Part shown: positions 19,701 through 28,583 of the stretch, in pieces
Layout: every line of letters begins with the position of its first letter
How positions within the stretch are numbered: the stretch's first letter is position 1
Assembly (NCBI GenBank): GCA_037444905.1
Contig: JBBILN010000031.1
Coordinates: 1 to 64,000 of the forward strand
Reading direction: 5' to 3'
DNA length: 64,000 nucleotides
Source of the DNA: a bacterium
Lineage (GTDB): Bacteria; Zhuqueibacterota; Zhuqueibacteria; Zhuqueibacterales; Zhuqueibacteraceae
The notes under the pieces: generated by a model
The model's input: only the letters and a program-made list of their open reading frames with translations
Database searches by the model: none
What the model was told of the DNA's origin: nothing
Translations under genes and position numbers: made by a program

Positions 19701-20574
19701 CCCACACACTGATGCGCAACACATCGCCGGCCTTTGCGCCACCAGGCAATTGGGAAAGAAGATAACGCTTGGTTCCAACGAACGCATCGTGCGGCTGGCG
19801 GTTGAATGGCAAATCAAATTTCAGCGAATACAAACCCGAATGCGCCGCTTCGTTCGTGAGCCGCGTGTTCTCAAAACCGTTGGCAAGCACGCCATCGTTG
19901 CCGCCGATTGGCGGGAGCCAATACAGCCAGCCCGTGGGCATATCCACCGATTGATTCCAATTCTGCCCGGCCCACGCGCCTTGCCGGCCAACATGGATGA
20001 AATCATCCGCCCACACTGTGCCGGTCGCATCTTTCCCGCCCACAAAACTGATCACGGTCTTCCACGCATCGCGCGGCAAAACGGTTTCGCCCACGGCATT
20101 CGTATCAGCAACCCAGCCATTGCTGCTCGCGACACTTTGATTGATCGGCAGCTTGGTCTCGCCAATGAGTTGTCCGGCTTGATCCCAGAACGTGTAGGCA
20201 ATCCACCAACGTTGGTCGTCGTTGGCCGGGTTCGTATTGACGTTCTGTGTTCGCACCCATGCGCCAATTTTGATATCAACATTGGCGAGATGTTGCGGCG
20301 ACCAGTAATCCACCATGTTCTCTGAAACCCACGAGGCCGCTTCGCTCGTTGTGGACTTCGTAATCTTCAACGAGCGCGCCATGCTGTGTGCTTGATCCGT
20401 GGCCCACGTCAAGGTCGCGCCCGCCGGCTCCGCGCCTTTCGTCCAGTACGAAGGCAGATTGCTCTCGAAACCACCCACAGCATAGAATTGCGCGTGAAGC
20501 GAAGACGCTCCCAACAGGGCTGCTCCAAACAACAGAAGGAGGCCACCTTGCAGTCTTTTCGCAAATAGGCTCAT
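16783..20574 (-). CDS. T9SS-secreted protein with three tandem ~382-aa repeats, each with two CBM4/9-like carbohydrate-binding modules, and a C-terminal sorting domain
   Basis: I place the start at the ATG at 20574 (signal MSLFAKRLQGGLLLLFGAALLGASSLHAQ) rather than at the ORF-track start 20655. Each repeat unit starts 'GGFES(N/S)LPSYWTKGAEPAG...' and carries a second 'LANGFENTRLTNEAAHSGLYSLKFD' module. The C-terminus is 'LAQNYPNPFNPSTNIAFALPHAANVTVDIFNVAGQKVATLVEGYRPAGRFEVRWDGKDTHGKAVGSGIYFYRLH'. Confidence 0.75.
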   Translation of the reverse strand: MSLFAKRLQGGLLLLFGAALLGASSLHAQFYAVGGFESNLPSYWTKGAEPAGATLTWATDQAHSMARSLKITKSTTSEAASWVSENMVDYWSPQHLANVDIKIGAWVRTQNVNTNPANDDQRWWIAYTFWDQAGQLIGETKLPINQSVASSNGWVADTNAVGETVLPRDAWKTVISFVGGKDATGTVWADDFIHVGRQGAWAGQNWNQSVDMPTGWLYWLPPIGGNDGVLANGFENTRLTNEAAHSGLYSLKFDLPFNRQPHDAFVGTKRYLLSQLPGGAKAGDVLRISVWVKANNLVPDSAAAYPVTWSCGFTYGFFKGNGNNDGFNNVTGYPIDMQFTFPHVTQFDWTKYSLDVTVPNDPEAKALEVRLHPYARFTGTVYFDDLTVEKLDIPPLAAIGGFESSLPSYWTKGAEPAGSTLSWATDQAHSLARSLKITKTTTSEAAAWVSENMVDYWSPQHLANVDIKIGAWVRTQNVNTNPANDDQRWWIAYTFWDQAGQLIGETKLPINQSVASSNGWVADTNAVGETVLPRDAWKTVISFVGGKDATGTVWADDFIHVGRQGAWAGQNWNQSVDMPTGWLYWLPPIGGNDGVLANGFENTRLTNEAAHSGLYSLKFDLPFNRQPHDGFVGTKRYLLSGSGAATSAAEGVPYDITSLKEVKAGDVLRISVWVKANNLVPDSAAAYPVTWSCGFTYGFFKGNGNNDGFNNVTGYPIDTQFTFPHVTQFDWTKYSLDVTVPNDPEAKALEVRLHPYARFTGTVYFDDLTVEKLDIPPLAAIGGFESSLPSYWTKGAEPAGSTLSWATDQAHSLARSLKITKTTTSEAAAWVSENMVDYWSPQHLANVDIKIGAWVRTQNVNTNPANDDQRWWIAYTFWDQAGQLIGETKLPINQSVASSNGWVADTNAVGETVLPRDAWKTVISFVGGKDATGTVWADDFIHVGRQGAWAGQNWNQSVDMPTGWLYWLPPIGGNDGVLANGFENTRLTNEAAHSGLYSLKFDLPFNRQPHDGFVGTKRYLLSGSGAATSAAEGVPYDITSLKEVKAGDVLRISVWVKANNLVPDSAAAYPVTWSCGFTYGFFKGNGNNDGFNNVTGYPIDTQFTFPHVTQFDWTEYTLDIVVPDDPEARALEVRLHPYARFTGTVYFDDLNVKVVGTSTGVAERGDANGLPATFELAQNYPNPFNPSTNIAFALPHAANVTVDIFNVAGQKVATLVEGYRPAGRFEVRWDGKDTHGKAVGSGIYFYRLHTGEMSLTKRMLFVK
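17050..20487. repeat. 3 x 1146-bp near-identical tandem DNA repeat inside the CBM-repeat gene
   Basis: Six-frame ORFs recur with an exact 1146-nt offset (17167/18313/19459; 17545/18691; 17577/18723/19821). Copies 2 and 3 are essentially identical at the nucleotide level. Copy 1 differs by scattered substitutions and one indel (LLSQLPGGAKAGD versus LLSGSGAATSAAEGVPYDITSLKEVKAGD). Confidence 0.85.
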
Positions 20575-20813
20575 ACTCTTTTCCCTTTCCTTAAATTTAA
20601 ACTTTATGAATTGGTTTGATTGTGAGTCGTAACGCTCCGCCCTTCTCGCGATCACCTCCTTTCGTTAGATTCCCCCTTCACTATTACGGTAGCAAGCGAG
20701 AATGGCATCCCGCAGCAATCTTGTTCCATTTCAAGCTCTGTGCTGGTGCGAAACAGGATTCTTCCAGAATGGCAAGCGAGGGAAGGGCTGAATAGTTACG
20801 ATTTCCCTTTCAC

Positions 20814-21827
20814 TCAATGCGGAATCACCAAAGTTTTCACTGCCAAACTTTTGCGCGTGCTCTCCAGCGCCTCGCTGATTCTCTCCAATGCAAAGCGGTT
20901 GAGGCTGAAGGGCGCGAGATTGATTTTCCCCTGCACAAGCAAATCAACGGCGCGGTGAAAAGTAAATGGATTCAAAATCGAGCTGAGAATCGTCAGCTCT
21001 TTGAGAAACGCGGTTTGCAACGGCAAACGCGCATAAGCCGCCGGCGCGGCGAGACCGAAAAGCACGACGCGGCTGCCGCGCTTTGCAAGCGCGAGTGCCA
21101 GCTCCGCGGCTTCGGCTTTGCCAACGCATTCGATGACAATATCACAGCCGCCGTGAGTTTGCTCCGCAATCGCTTGCACCGCACTCGGCTCGCTCGAATC
21201 CAGCACAATCTCTGCTCCGAGTTGCGTAGCAATCGCGCGTTTCGAAGCGAGCGGATCGAGAACGAATATCATACCGGCGCCGGCGATTCGCGCGAGCTGC
21301 AACATAAGCAAGCCGATGTTACCCGCACCAATAATGCCCACTGCTTGCCCGGGTTGAATCGCGGCACGTTCGAGGCCGCGCACGCAGCACGAGAGCGGCT
21401 CGGCAAACGCGCCAAATTCGAGCGGAAAATTTTCCGGCAGCTTGTAACATTGTTTGGCCGGCGCAATCACGAACTCGGCGAAACCGCCGTCGATATCAAC
21501 GCCGAGCGCGCGCAAGTTTTCGCAAAAATTCACCTGGCCGCGATGGCAATAATAGCAGCCGCCACAGGCAATGTTGGGATCGACCGCCACGTGATCGCCG
21601 GACCGCAACTCGCGCACTTGATTTCCCGCTTCGACGATTGTGCCGGCAAATTCGTGGCCGAGAATCACCGGCGGCCGCGCGTGTGCTTCGCCGGCGAAAA
21701 TGTGCACATCGGTGCCGCACACGCCGCAAGCGGCGATTTGCGCCAGCACTTCGTCGCCCCTCAGCGCGCGCAGCGGGCGGTCAATGATCTGCACATCGTG
21801 CGGCTGGTTGAATTGCGCGGCTTTCAT
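20814..21827 (-). CDS. Zn-dependent alcohol/polyol dehydrogenase of the MDR superfamily (sorbitol/threonine dehydrogenase-like)
   Basis: I place the start at MKAAQF (ATG at 21827) rather than at the ORF-track start 21932. Catalytic Zn motif 'GVCGTDVHIFAGE', structural Zn 'CGGCYYCHRGQVNFC', Rossmann motif 'GIIGAGNIGLLMLQLAR'. The upstream part of the ORF-track frame merely translates the TTGGAT repeat element. Confidence 0.85.
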   Translation of the reverse strand: MKAAQFNQPHDVQIIDRPLRALRGDEVLAQIAACGVCGTDVHIFAGEAHARPPVILGHEFAGTIVEAGNQVRELRSGDHVAVDPNIACGGCYYCHRGQVNFCENLRALGVDIDGGFAEFVIAPAKQCYKLPENFPLEFGAFAEPLSCCVRGLERAAIQPGQAVGIIGAGNIGLLMLQLARIAGAGMIFVLDPLASKRAIATQLGAEIVLDSSEPSAVQAIAEQTHGGCDIVIECVGKAEAAELALALAKRGSRVVLFGLAAPAAYARLPLQTAFLKELTILSSILNPFTFHRAVDLLVQGKINLAPFSLNRFALERISEALESTRKSLAVKTLVIPH

Positions 21828-21835
21828 TTCGGCGA

Positions 21836-21930
21836 TCTCCAACAATGGATGTTCAGATCGTTGGAGTGATGGATAAATGAATTGATGGAGTAATGGAGAG
21901 AACAGCAATCCAACAATCCAGCTATCCATC
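21836..21930. repeat. Second copy of the TTGGAT/ATCCAA inverted-repeat intergenic element
   Basis: Read directly: ctccaacaatggatg...gatcgttggagtgatggataaatgaattgatggagtaatggag...atccaacaatccagctatccatcactccat. It shares the 22-mer with 1097-1118 and again sits between two co-directional genes. Confidence 0.6.
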
Positions 21931-24511
21931 ACTCCATTTTGGGGAACTCCACGCGCACATTACAGTCAGGCAAAGCATGAGAATAATTGATTGCGGTGCG
22001 ATAAGAATTTTTATCTTCTTGCTGTGCGGTCCACGACGCTGCCGACAGAATCTTTTGATCGACCCAAACTCTCTTTGGCGCTTGCGCGCTCAGGATGATA
22101 GCGCTTGCAGAATGGCCGGCAAAAGCACGGGATTGCCAGCGCATGACGCGATGCTGTTCATGCCAGTGCGCGTCGATGAGCGTTGCGGAGATGTTTTCGA
22201 GATAGGGTTTGGCAATGGCGCCGCGCGTGATTTGAATTTCACTCGGCGCGTGTTGCTCGGGAATAACCAGCGCCGGGAACGATCGGCCATCGTAATGGAT
22301 CGAGGTGGCATACTCGCCGTGGCCGGAATAAATCACTTTCACAGTTTTTCCATTGATCAACCATTCAAATGCCGGCGTTGGCGTTGGGCTCGGCAAGTCC
22401 GTGCGCAGATGCAAATTCCACGGGCTTTCGGCGGCGCCCAGCAAACGATACAGCGTGAAAAGATACCAACCACCGGCCCACAGAAAGCTCGGCTTGTCGA
22501 TCCGGCCGTAATGCGCAGAGGCAGGATCGCTGTAGCGATATTCGTACATCGCGGGCTGGCCTTGCGGGCTGCGCATGATTCCGGCAATCGTCATGTTGTT
22601 GCGCACGACCTCGAGTGCGGCGTCGTTTTCACCGATTTGCTGCAAAGCCAACGCATACCACGCGGCGCCGTGCGGCCAAACGCCGCCATTGATATATTCG
22701 CCCTTGTTCTTTCCCTGCTCGTGATTGACAAGGTGAAACTCTTTTTCGAGCAAATGAAAATCCGCCGGATCAACCATGCGCAAGCCGAGTTGCGAATCGT
22801 AAATTCTTTGTTGCGCGGTGGCAACCAATCGGCGCTGCTTCTCCGTTTCGAGCACCTCGAACATAACGGCCAGCAAAGCCCCCGCATAGATGTGCTCATC
22901 TTTGGTGGCGCCGTTGTTGAAATTGATCAAGTAGCCGAGTTGTTCATCCCACAATTTTTGCGCGAGCGCAGTGCGTAGAGATTTCACTTGTGCAAGATAT
23001 GCCTGCAATTTCTCGGGCGCAGATTGCAGTTTACTGCCGATGAAAACAAATTCCTGCAAAGCGCGAATCGCCAGCGCGGTGAGGTAAGCGCGCGGCCCCG
23101 GCGCATTGCCGATGTCCCACCAATCCGGCGAGGCGCCCCACAGCAAACCATCTTCTCCGAGGTGGCTCAAGGTGAAGGTGAGACTCTTTTCCAAAACCGG
23201 CTGCAAGCGTTGCAGCAACGCGAGATCGCCGGTGTGCCGCAAATAGCTGCCAGCAACCAGAATGAACCAAAAGTGATTCCAATTATCCTTTCCGGCGAAC
23301 TCGGTTTTGAAACCGTCATCTTTCCAATAATAGGCGTGGGGAATAACGTTTTCCGCGTTGGCTTTGTTGGCGAGATAGAGCAGATCGGTGCGCACGCGAT
23401 GGGCGTCAAAATTGGCCGCGGCGAGGTCGGTCATGAGCGCATCATGGGTGAAATAGAAATTGTATTGCGCGGGACAAGGCATGGGCACGATTTCGTTCTC
23501 GAGAAAATGGCGGTTGGCAGCGAGCAAAGCTTTGGCCCATTGCGCCGAATGATCGAGATCAGCATTGCCGGTGTGAAACGCCGGCGCGCCATGCGCCGCA
23601 GTTGCAATATGTTTCTCGTAGGCCGCGGTTTCTTCGCGACAGTTTGCCGCCAAATGTTTTGCGAGCGTCGCGGCTTCCGATTTTGTCGTCGCGGCCAGGA
23701 AATGAACGACAACCAGCGAGTCCCCCGGAACAAGTTCTTTTTCATAAACAAAAGCGGCAGCCGGTTGATGCGCGCCGCCGTTGTTGGAAAGCGCGCGCCA
23801 ACTCATCGCGTCACTGCCAGAGATCCAATTGAACTGCCCGTCACGCCATAGTGCCGCGCTGTTTGCCGACCACTGGCGCGGCGGAGTTGCGCCATTGCCA
23901 ACTAACACGGTTGCATTCGCAGTTTCCGGATCATCGAAGTCGGCAAAAATGGTTTGCGTGTTGGGATCGAACGAAGTGTGTGCGCGATCTTTTAATTTAT
24001 AACTCTGACAAGTGCGCAGCGTGGTTTCCCAATGCGTGTACAGACGGTAAGTGTGAGGTTGAGAATCGCGATTGCCGACCACCATGCGCGCCAGCATGCC
24101 GGGACTGTTTTGAAAGAAGGAATAAGAAACGGTAAAGTGCGTGCGTGCGATGTGCTGCGAGAATTGCACGGTTGCGGGAGAAAGAAGATAAGGCCATGGT
24201 TCCCAGCCAATCAACTGTCGGGGGCCATCATCAATTTGCAGGCCAAGATGGAAAATTTGCGATTCATCGCGACGCCAATAGTCGGCGCTCAGATCTATGC
24301 TATTCGCCACCGGCGCAAAGAAGCTGAGGCGCGAGGGCAGGGGCCGGCTGTGGTGGCTCTCGAAACCAGCGTAAGGACCGCCGACTTCGATCGAACCGTA
24401 GCCGCCCGCAAATGCAACCGCAATGGTGGAGTCGGGCGGAATAAAGTCGTTTTCTTTGCCGGCAAACGCGGAGATGAAGTTGATCAATAGGAATGTGAAC
24501 AGCGATGGCAT
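21929..24511 (-). CDS. Secreted six-hairpin (alpha/alpha)6 glycoside-hydrolase-like protein (GDE_C/GH63-like fold)
   Basis: Signal peptide MPSLFTFLLINFISAFAG begins at the ATG at 24511. The C-terminal half carries 'EYINGGVWPHGAAWYALAL' and 'GWYLFTLYRLLG', typical of amylo-alpha-1,6-glucosidase-like barrels. The gene is co-oriented with a LacI regulator and an alcohol dehydrogenase. Family assignment is tentative. Confidence 0.5.
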   Translation of the reverse strand: MPSLFTFLLINFISAFAGKENDFIPPDSTIAVAFAGGYGSIEVGGPYAGFESHHSRPLPSRLSFFAPVANSIDLSADYWRRDESQIFHLGLQIDDGPRQLIGWEPWPYLLSPATVQFSQHIARTHFTVSYSFFQNSPGMLARMVVGNRDSQPHTYRLYTHWETTLRTCQSYKLKDRAHTSFDPNTQTIFADFDDPETANATVLVGNGATPPRQWSANSAALWRDGQFNWISGSDAMSWRALSNNGGAHQPAAAFVYEKELVPGDSLVVVHFLAATTKSEAATLAKHLAANCREETAAYEKHIATAAHGAPAFHTGNADLDHSAQWAKALLAANRHFLENEIVPMPCPAQYNFYFTHDALMTDLAAANFDAHRVRTDLLYLANKANAENVIPHAYYWKDDGFKTEFAGKDNWNHFWFILVAGSYLRHTGDLALLQRLQPVLEKSLTFTLSHLGEDGLLWGASPDWWDIGNAPGPRAYLTALAIRALQEFVFIGSKLQSAPEKLQAYLAQVKSLRTALAQKLWDEQLGYLINFNNGATKDEHIYAGALLAVMFEVLETEKQRRLVATAQQRIYDSQLGLRMVDPADFHLLEKEFHLVNHEQGKNKGEYINGGVWPHGAAWYALALQQIGENDAALEVVRNNMTIAGIMRSPQGQPAMYEYRYSDPASAHYGRIDKPSFLWAGGWYLFTLYRLLGAAESPWNLHLRTDLPSPTPTPAFEWLINGKTVKVIYSGHGEYATSIHYDGRSFPALVIPEQHAPSEIQITRGAIAKPYLENISATLIDAHWHEQHRVMRWQSRAFAGHSASAIILSAQAPKRVWVDQKILSAASWTAQQEDKNSYRTAINYSHALPDCNVRVEFPKME

Positions 24512-24638
24512 TGGATCAACTCCCAGCAGTTCAAAGCAGTTGTACAATGATGCAATGATGGAGCTGAGTTCCTAGTGCGTAACGCCGAGGGCCTCTATTC
24601 GTCCTGGCCCTTTTCTACATGACTCATATGCCACTTGC

Positions 24639-25670
24639 TCACGCTGCCGGCGGCGCGGTGGATTGCCGCACGACCAGTTCCACGGGCGTAAAAACTTTGC
24701 CGGGCAATTCTTTTTTGGTCTCGATCATTTCCATTAGCCGCCGCAAGGCCGCTGCGCCGAGCTCTTCTTTATCAACTCGAATGGTGGTGAGCGGCGGCTG
24801 CGCGTGGGTGCCGGCTTCGATATCGTCGAAACCGACAATGGAAACGTCCACTGGAATTTGCCGGCCGTGCTGTTTCAAGCATTGCATGGCGCCAATGGCC
24901 ATGGCGTCATTCGCGGTGAAGAGCGCGGTGAAGTGCGCGCCGCGCGCGAGCAGTTTTTCCGCGGCGTGCACGCCGTCATCAGTGGTCGTATTACTCTCCA
25001 CGGTTTCGATCAAGTCCTCTGCTGGCTCTAGCTGCGCTTCCAGCAAAGCTTGCTTGTAACCTTCCAGCCGCGCGGCGATACTGGGGTGAGTGAGGTCGCC
25101 GCCGATGAAGGCAATGCGGCGATGTCCCAAATCAAACAGGTGACGCATTGCCAGCTTCGCGCCCAGCAGATTGTCCATCATGACCACGTTGCCCTGTTTG
25201 TGGCGCGGCGAGAAATCAATAAACACGTGCGGCAGTTTGAGTTTGAGAATATGTTCGGACAACGCGTTTGGCACGTGGCCGGCCAAAAGCACGCCATCAA
25301 CGTTGCGCTCGCGCAGGAACCGCGGCAAGTCGGTCTCAATACGAAAAGCGCGCGGCACGGTGGTGAGCAGGATGTAGTATTTGAATTTGCGGGATTCGAA
25401 TTCGGTGCCGAGAAAAATTTTGGTGTAGAACGGCTCGGCGCGTGAGAAGTGATCGTCAGTGAGGATAAAACCGATGTTGCCGCTCTTGCGTGAAGCTAGG
25501 CCGCGCGCAGCCTGGCGGGGATGATAGTTGAGTTGCTGCACAGCCTTGAGGACGCGCTGCCGAGTTTCTGCGCGAATGCTGGCCTTGTTGTTCAAAACCA
25601 GCGAAACTGTCGCCTCCGAAACCTTGGCCCTTTGCGCAACGTCTTTTATCGTAGCACCCTGGCTCATCAT
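24639..25670 (-). CDS. LacI-family transcriptional regulator
   Basis: N-terminal HTH 'ATIKDVAQRAKVSEATVSLVLNNKASIRAETRQRVLKAVQQLNYHPRQAARGL' followed by a periplasmic-binding-fold sugar-sensing domain. Confidence 0.9.
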   Translation of the reverse strand: MMSQGATIKDVAQRAKVSEATVSLVLNNKASIRAETRQRVLKAVQQLNYHPRQAARGLASRKSGNIGFILTDDHFSRAEPFYTKIFLGTEFESRKFKYYILLTTVPRAFRIETDLPRFLRERNVDGVLLAGHVPNALSEHILKLKLPHVFIDFSPRHKQGNVVMMDNLLGAKLAMRHLFDLGHRRIAFIGGDLTHPSIAARLEGYKQALLEAQLEPAEDLIETVESNTTTDDGVHAAEKLLARGAHFTALFTANDAMAIGAMQCLKQHGRQIPVDVSIVGFDDIEAGTHAQPPLTTIRVDKEELGAAALRRLMEMIETKKELPGKVFTPVELVVRQSTAPPAA

Positions 25671-26087
25671 TAAACCGGTTTAAAGTTTTGTCTTTAAAGT
25701 CCTCGAGTTTGGGTAATTTTTTGCCTATTACCCAAGCAAATCGCCAGTGCCTGGAAAGTTTTTCATTAAAGCGCTTTAATAGAATAACAAACCGCTGCGA
25801 ATTTGTCAAGCAAAACTTCGGGCTCGCAGAGATTTTCTGACTCGGAAGCTGCCTAAAAGCTATCTAGCGAGAGCGACAAGAAACTTTCTCTCCGCCACAT
25901 CGTGATGCCAGACGGATGCGCCAATGCGGAAATTACCTAGTTGGAAATGAAAGTTTTCAATTTTAACTTTATCCGGACGAGGTTCCACTGACTAAGTTTT
26001 CGTTGCCGCAACGGGCTTTCTAGCGTCGCAACATAAGACCAGTCGAATAACAAATGTGACGCAGCGAACGCATAATGAGAGGATGTC

Positions 26088-26639
26088 ATGTTGGAGAAAA
26101 AAATTCAAGTCCGCAACGGACTCGTTGCAGTTTATACCGGAGAGGGCAAGGGCAAAACCACGGCCGCGCTGGGCACGGTCGTTCGTGCCGTCGGGTACGG
26201 TTTGCGCGTGTACATGCTGCAATTCATCAAAGGCTCATGGCATTACGGCGAGTTGGACGGCGCAAAATTGTTGGAGCCTTATTTTAAGATTGAGCGCATG
26301 GGCAAGGGCTTCTATAAAATCCTTGATGACAACCTCCCCGAAGAAGAACATCGCGCTGCCGCGCACGCCGCGGCCGAGCGTGCGCTGGAGGTGTTGAAAA
26401 GCGGCGAGTATGATATGATCATTCTCGACGAAATCAACGTCGCCGTGATGACGGGTTTATTGCCGGTGGAAAAAGTTTTGGAGATCATCGCGGCGAAACC
26501 CGCGACGTGTCATCTCATCCTCACCGGCCGTGGCGCGCCGCAAGAGTTGATCGACGCTGCAGATTTAGCCACGGAGATGCGGGAGATCAAGCATCCATAT
26601 CAACAGGGGAAACTGGCACAAAAGGGATTTGATTTTTAG
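26088..26639 (+). CDS. cobO: Cob(I)yrinic acid a,c-diamide adenosyltransferase (ATP:corrinoid adenosyltransferase, CobA/CobO/BtuR type)
   Basis: P-loop 'VYTGEGKGKTTAALG' and 'MLQFIKGSWHYGE...ILDEINVAVMTGLL...HLILTGRGAPQELIDAADLATEM', the CobO family signature. Confidence 0.85.
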   Translation: MLEKKIQVRNGLVAVYTGEGKGKTTAALGTVVRAVGYGLRVYMLQFIKGSWHYGELDGAKLLEPYFKIERMGKGFYKILDDNLPEEEHRAAAHAAAERALEVLKSGEYDMIILDEINVAVMTGLLPVEKVLEIIAAKPATCHLILTGRGAPQELIDAADLATEMREIKHPYQQGKLAQKGFDF

Positions 26640-26672
26640 CGGGGAAATGATTCTAAAAATAGCTGAAAAAAT

Positions 26673-26993
26673 TTATCGGGAATAGCCCATTGCAAACAAA
26701 AGCGCGGATCTGATTTCTTCCATTTTTGTTTCCGAGAGTTTCACAATCAAAGCGCCCAACTTGGTTTTCGTCACGGTTTGAACATGGTCCAAATTAATGG
26801 CGCACAACCCCTTCATGCCGTCGCTCTCATCAAGCACTACTTCCGTTGGAATCTCTCGGACCGTCGAAGTAATAGGAGCAATCGTTACTTCACCAAGAAA
26901 TTGCAAGGCTGAGCTACGGGTTAAAACAACGACTGGCCTTTCTTTATCTGGCGGCTTAAACTTATACCAACGAATCTCCCCTCGTTCCATCAT
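26673..26993 (-). CDS. mazF: Type II toxin, MazF/PemK-family mRNA interferase
   Basis: 106 aa; 'RGEIRWYKFKPPDKERPVVVLTRSS...APITSTVREIPTEVVL' matches the PemK/MazF fold. It overlaps the upstream small RHH gene by 4 bp. Confidence 0.75.
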   Translation of the reverse strand: MMERGEIRWYKFKPPDKERPVVVLTRSSALQFLGEVTIAPITSTVREIPTEVVLDESDGMKGLCAINLDHVQTVTKTKLGALIVKLSETKMEEIRSALLFAMGYSR

Positions 26994-27232
26994 TCACTCC
27001 ATGCCTGCTCATTCTCCCACACATCAAACTCACCAGCTTGTACAGGCTGCTTCGAGTATCCTTCATGGTGTCGCTTCTCCATTTCTTTGATCTGCAATTG
27101 TTCGAGGTAATGGAGCAACGACGCACGCAGAAATTCCGACCACGTAGTCTGCTGTTGCTGAACGGCATGATTCACTCGCGACAAAAGGTCTTCTTCAATC
27201 GTCAGTTGAATCGTCTTCATAGGCGTGTCCAA
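26990..27232 (-). CDS. Antitoxin (ribbon-helix-helix/CopG-like, MazE-equivalent)
   Basis: 80-aa acidic protein directly upstream of, and 4-bp overlapping with, the mazF-like gene; N-terminal beta-strand 'KTIQLTIEEDLLSRVNHAV'. Confidence 0.55.
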   Translation of the reverse strand: MDTPMKTIQLTIEEDLLSRVNHAVQQQQTTWSEFLRASLLHYLEQLQIKEMEKRHHEGYSKQPVQAGEFDVWENEQAWSE

Positions 27233-27398
27233 GCGAGGTTAATCTGGTACGAATGATTTTGTGGGCTTTATTTATGACACTTCGAAACTAAAATCAAGAG
27301 CAAATTCTGGCGCGAATCACGATTTGCATTTTTACCTTCGAATAACTATGTTGCGCCCGACTTGTTGATCCCCTCATTTTTCAGCAAAGGAGAATAAC

Positions 27399-28511
27399 GT
27401 GGCGCTCTGGGATAAAATTCGCGGCGAGTTCATCGATATCATCGCATGGACGGCGCCTTCAGAAACCGAGTTGATGGCTTATCGTTTTCCGCGTTACAAT
27501 CATGAGATCAAAATGGGCGCACAGCTCACCGTGCGCGAAGGCCAGGCCGCGGTCTTCGTAAACGAAGGCCGAATTGCCGATCTTTTCACACCCGGCATGT
27601 ATACGCTCAGCACGCAGAATCTACCCATTCTTTCGACGATGCGCGGCTGGAAGTACGGCTTCGAATCGCCCTTCAAAGCCGAAGTCTATTTCGTGCAAAC
27701 CAAGCAGTTCACGAATTTGAAGTGGGGCACGAGCAATCCCATTATGATGCGCGACGCGGAATTCGGGCCGGTACGCATTCGCGCGTATGGCACCTATGTG
27801 ATCAAAGTCGTCGACCCCAAAACGTTTCTGCAGCAGTTGGTTTCCACGGATCCCGAATTCGAGTTGTATGAAATTGACAAACAACTGCGCAACGTCATCG
27901 TCTCGCGTTTTGCCGACGTGATTGCCGAGGCGAAAATCCCCGTGCTCGAGCTGGCCGGCAATTACGACAAGCTCGGCAAGTTTATTTGCGATCGCATCAA
28001 CGACGAGTTCACGGCGTTCGGCATTGACCTGCTCAATTTTTATATCGAGAATATCTCGTTGCCGACGAACGTCGAAGAAGCTTTGGATCGCCGTACCGCC
28101 ATGGGCGTGGTGGGCAATCTCGATCAGTACCTCAAATATCAAACTGCCGAGGCTGTGCGCGACGCAGCACAAAATACCGCGGGCGGTGCGGCCGGTGTCG
28201 GCGCAGGTTTGGGCGCCGGGCTTGGCATCGCGCAACGTATGATGGAAAGCATGGGCACACATCCGAGCGCTCCGGCGGCGAGTGCGCCTCCTCCTCTGCC
28301 CCAATCTCCGGCTTACTATCTCGGCATCGGCGGCCAACAGCAAGGTCCATTCGATCGCGCGGCAATGCAAGCGCAAATCGCCTCCGGCCAACTTACGCGT
28401 GAAACTCTCGTGTGGAGTCAAGGTATGGCGAGTTGGACGGCAGCAGGGCAAGTCGCCGATCTTGCATCACTCTTTGCAGCCGTGCCGCCGCCGTTGCCGC
28501 CACAGAAATAG
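27399..28511 (+). CDS. SPFH/band-7 domain protein (Band_7_1 type) with a Gly/Ala-rich linker and a C-terminal GYF-like DUF4339 domain
   Basis: 'MALWDKIRGEFIDIIAW...PRYNHEIKMGAQLTVREGQAAVFVNEGRIADLF' is the SPFH beta-sandwich. The C-terminus 'YYLGIGGQQQGPFDRAAMQAQIASGQLTRETLVWSQGMASWTAAGQV' is a DUF4339/GYF_2 domain. Confidence 0.75.
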   Translation: MALWDKIRGEFIDIIAWTAPSETELMAYRFPRYNHEIKMGAQLTVREGQAAVFVNEGRIADLFTPGMYTLSTQNLPILSTMRGWKYGFESPFKAEVYFVQTKQFTNLKWGTSNPIMMRDAEFGPVRIRAYGTYVIKVVDPKTFLQQLVSTDPEFELYEIDKQLRNVIVSRFADVIAEAKIPVLELAGNYDKLGKFICDRINDEFTAFGIDLLNFYIENISLPTNVEEALDRRTAMGVVGNLDQYLKYQTAEAVRDAAQNTAGGAAGVGAGLGAGLGIAQRMMESMGTHPSAPAASAPPPLPQSPAYYLGIGGQQQGPFDRAAMQAQIASGQLTRETLVWSQGMASWTAAGQVADLASLFAAVPPPLPPQK

Positions 28512-28583
28512 GCGCGTAACTAAAAAAGCCACGCGAATTGTGCTGCTGCAATATTCTTCTGTATACTTTGAGGACTCAAAGCG

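Noticed and set aside
25671-26087. Possible cobalamin riboswitch upstream of cobO
   Set aside because: I looked for the B12 box (GCCACUG) and the conserved GGUG...GGGAA core. Only weak one-mismatch words (GCCAGTG, TCCACTG) are present, without the surrounding consensus. There is insufficient support without a covariance-model search.
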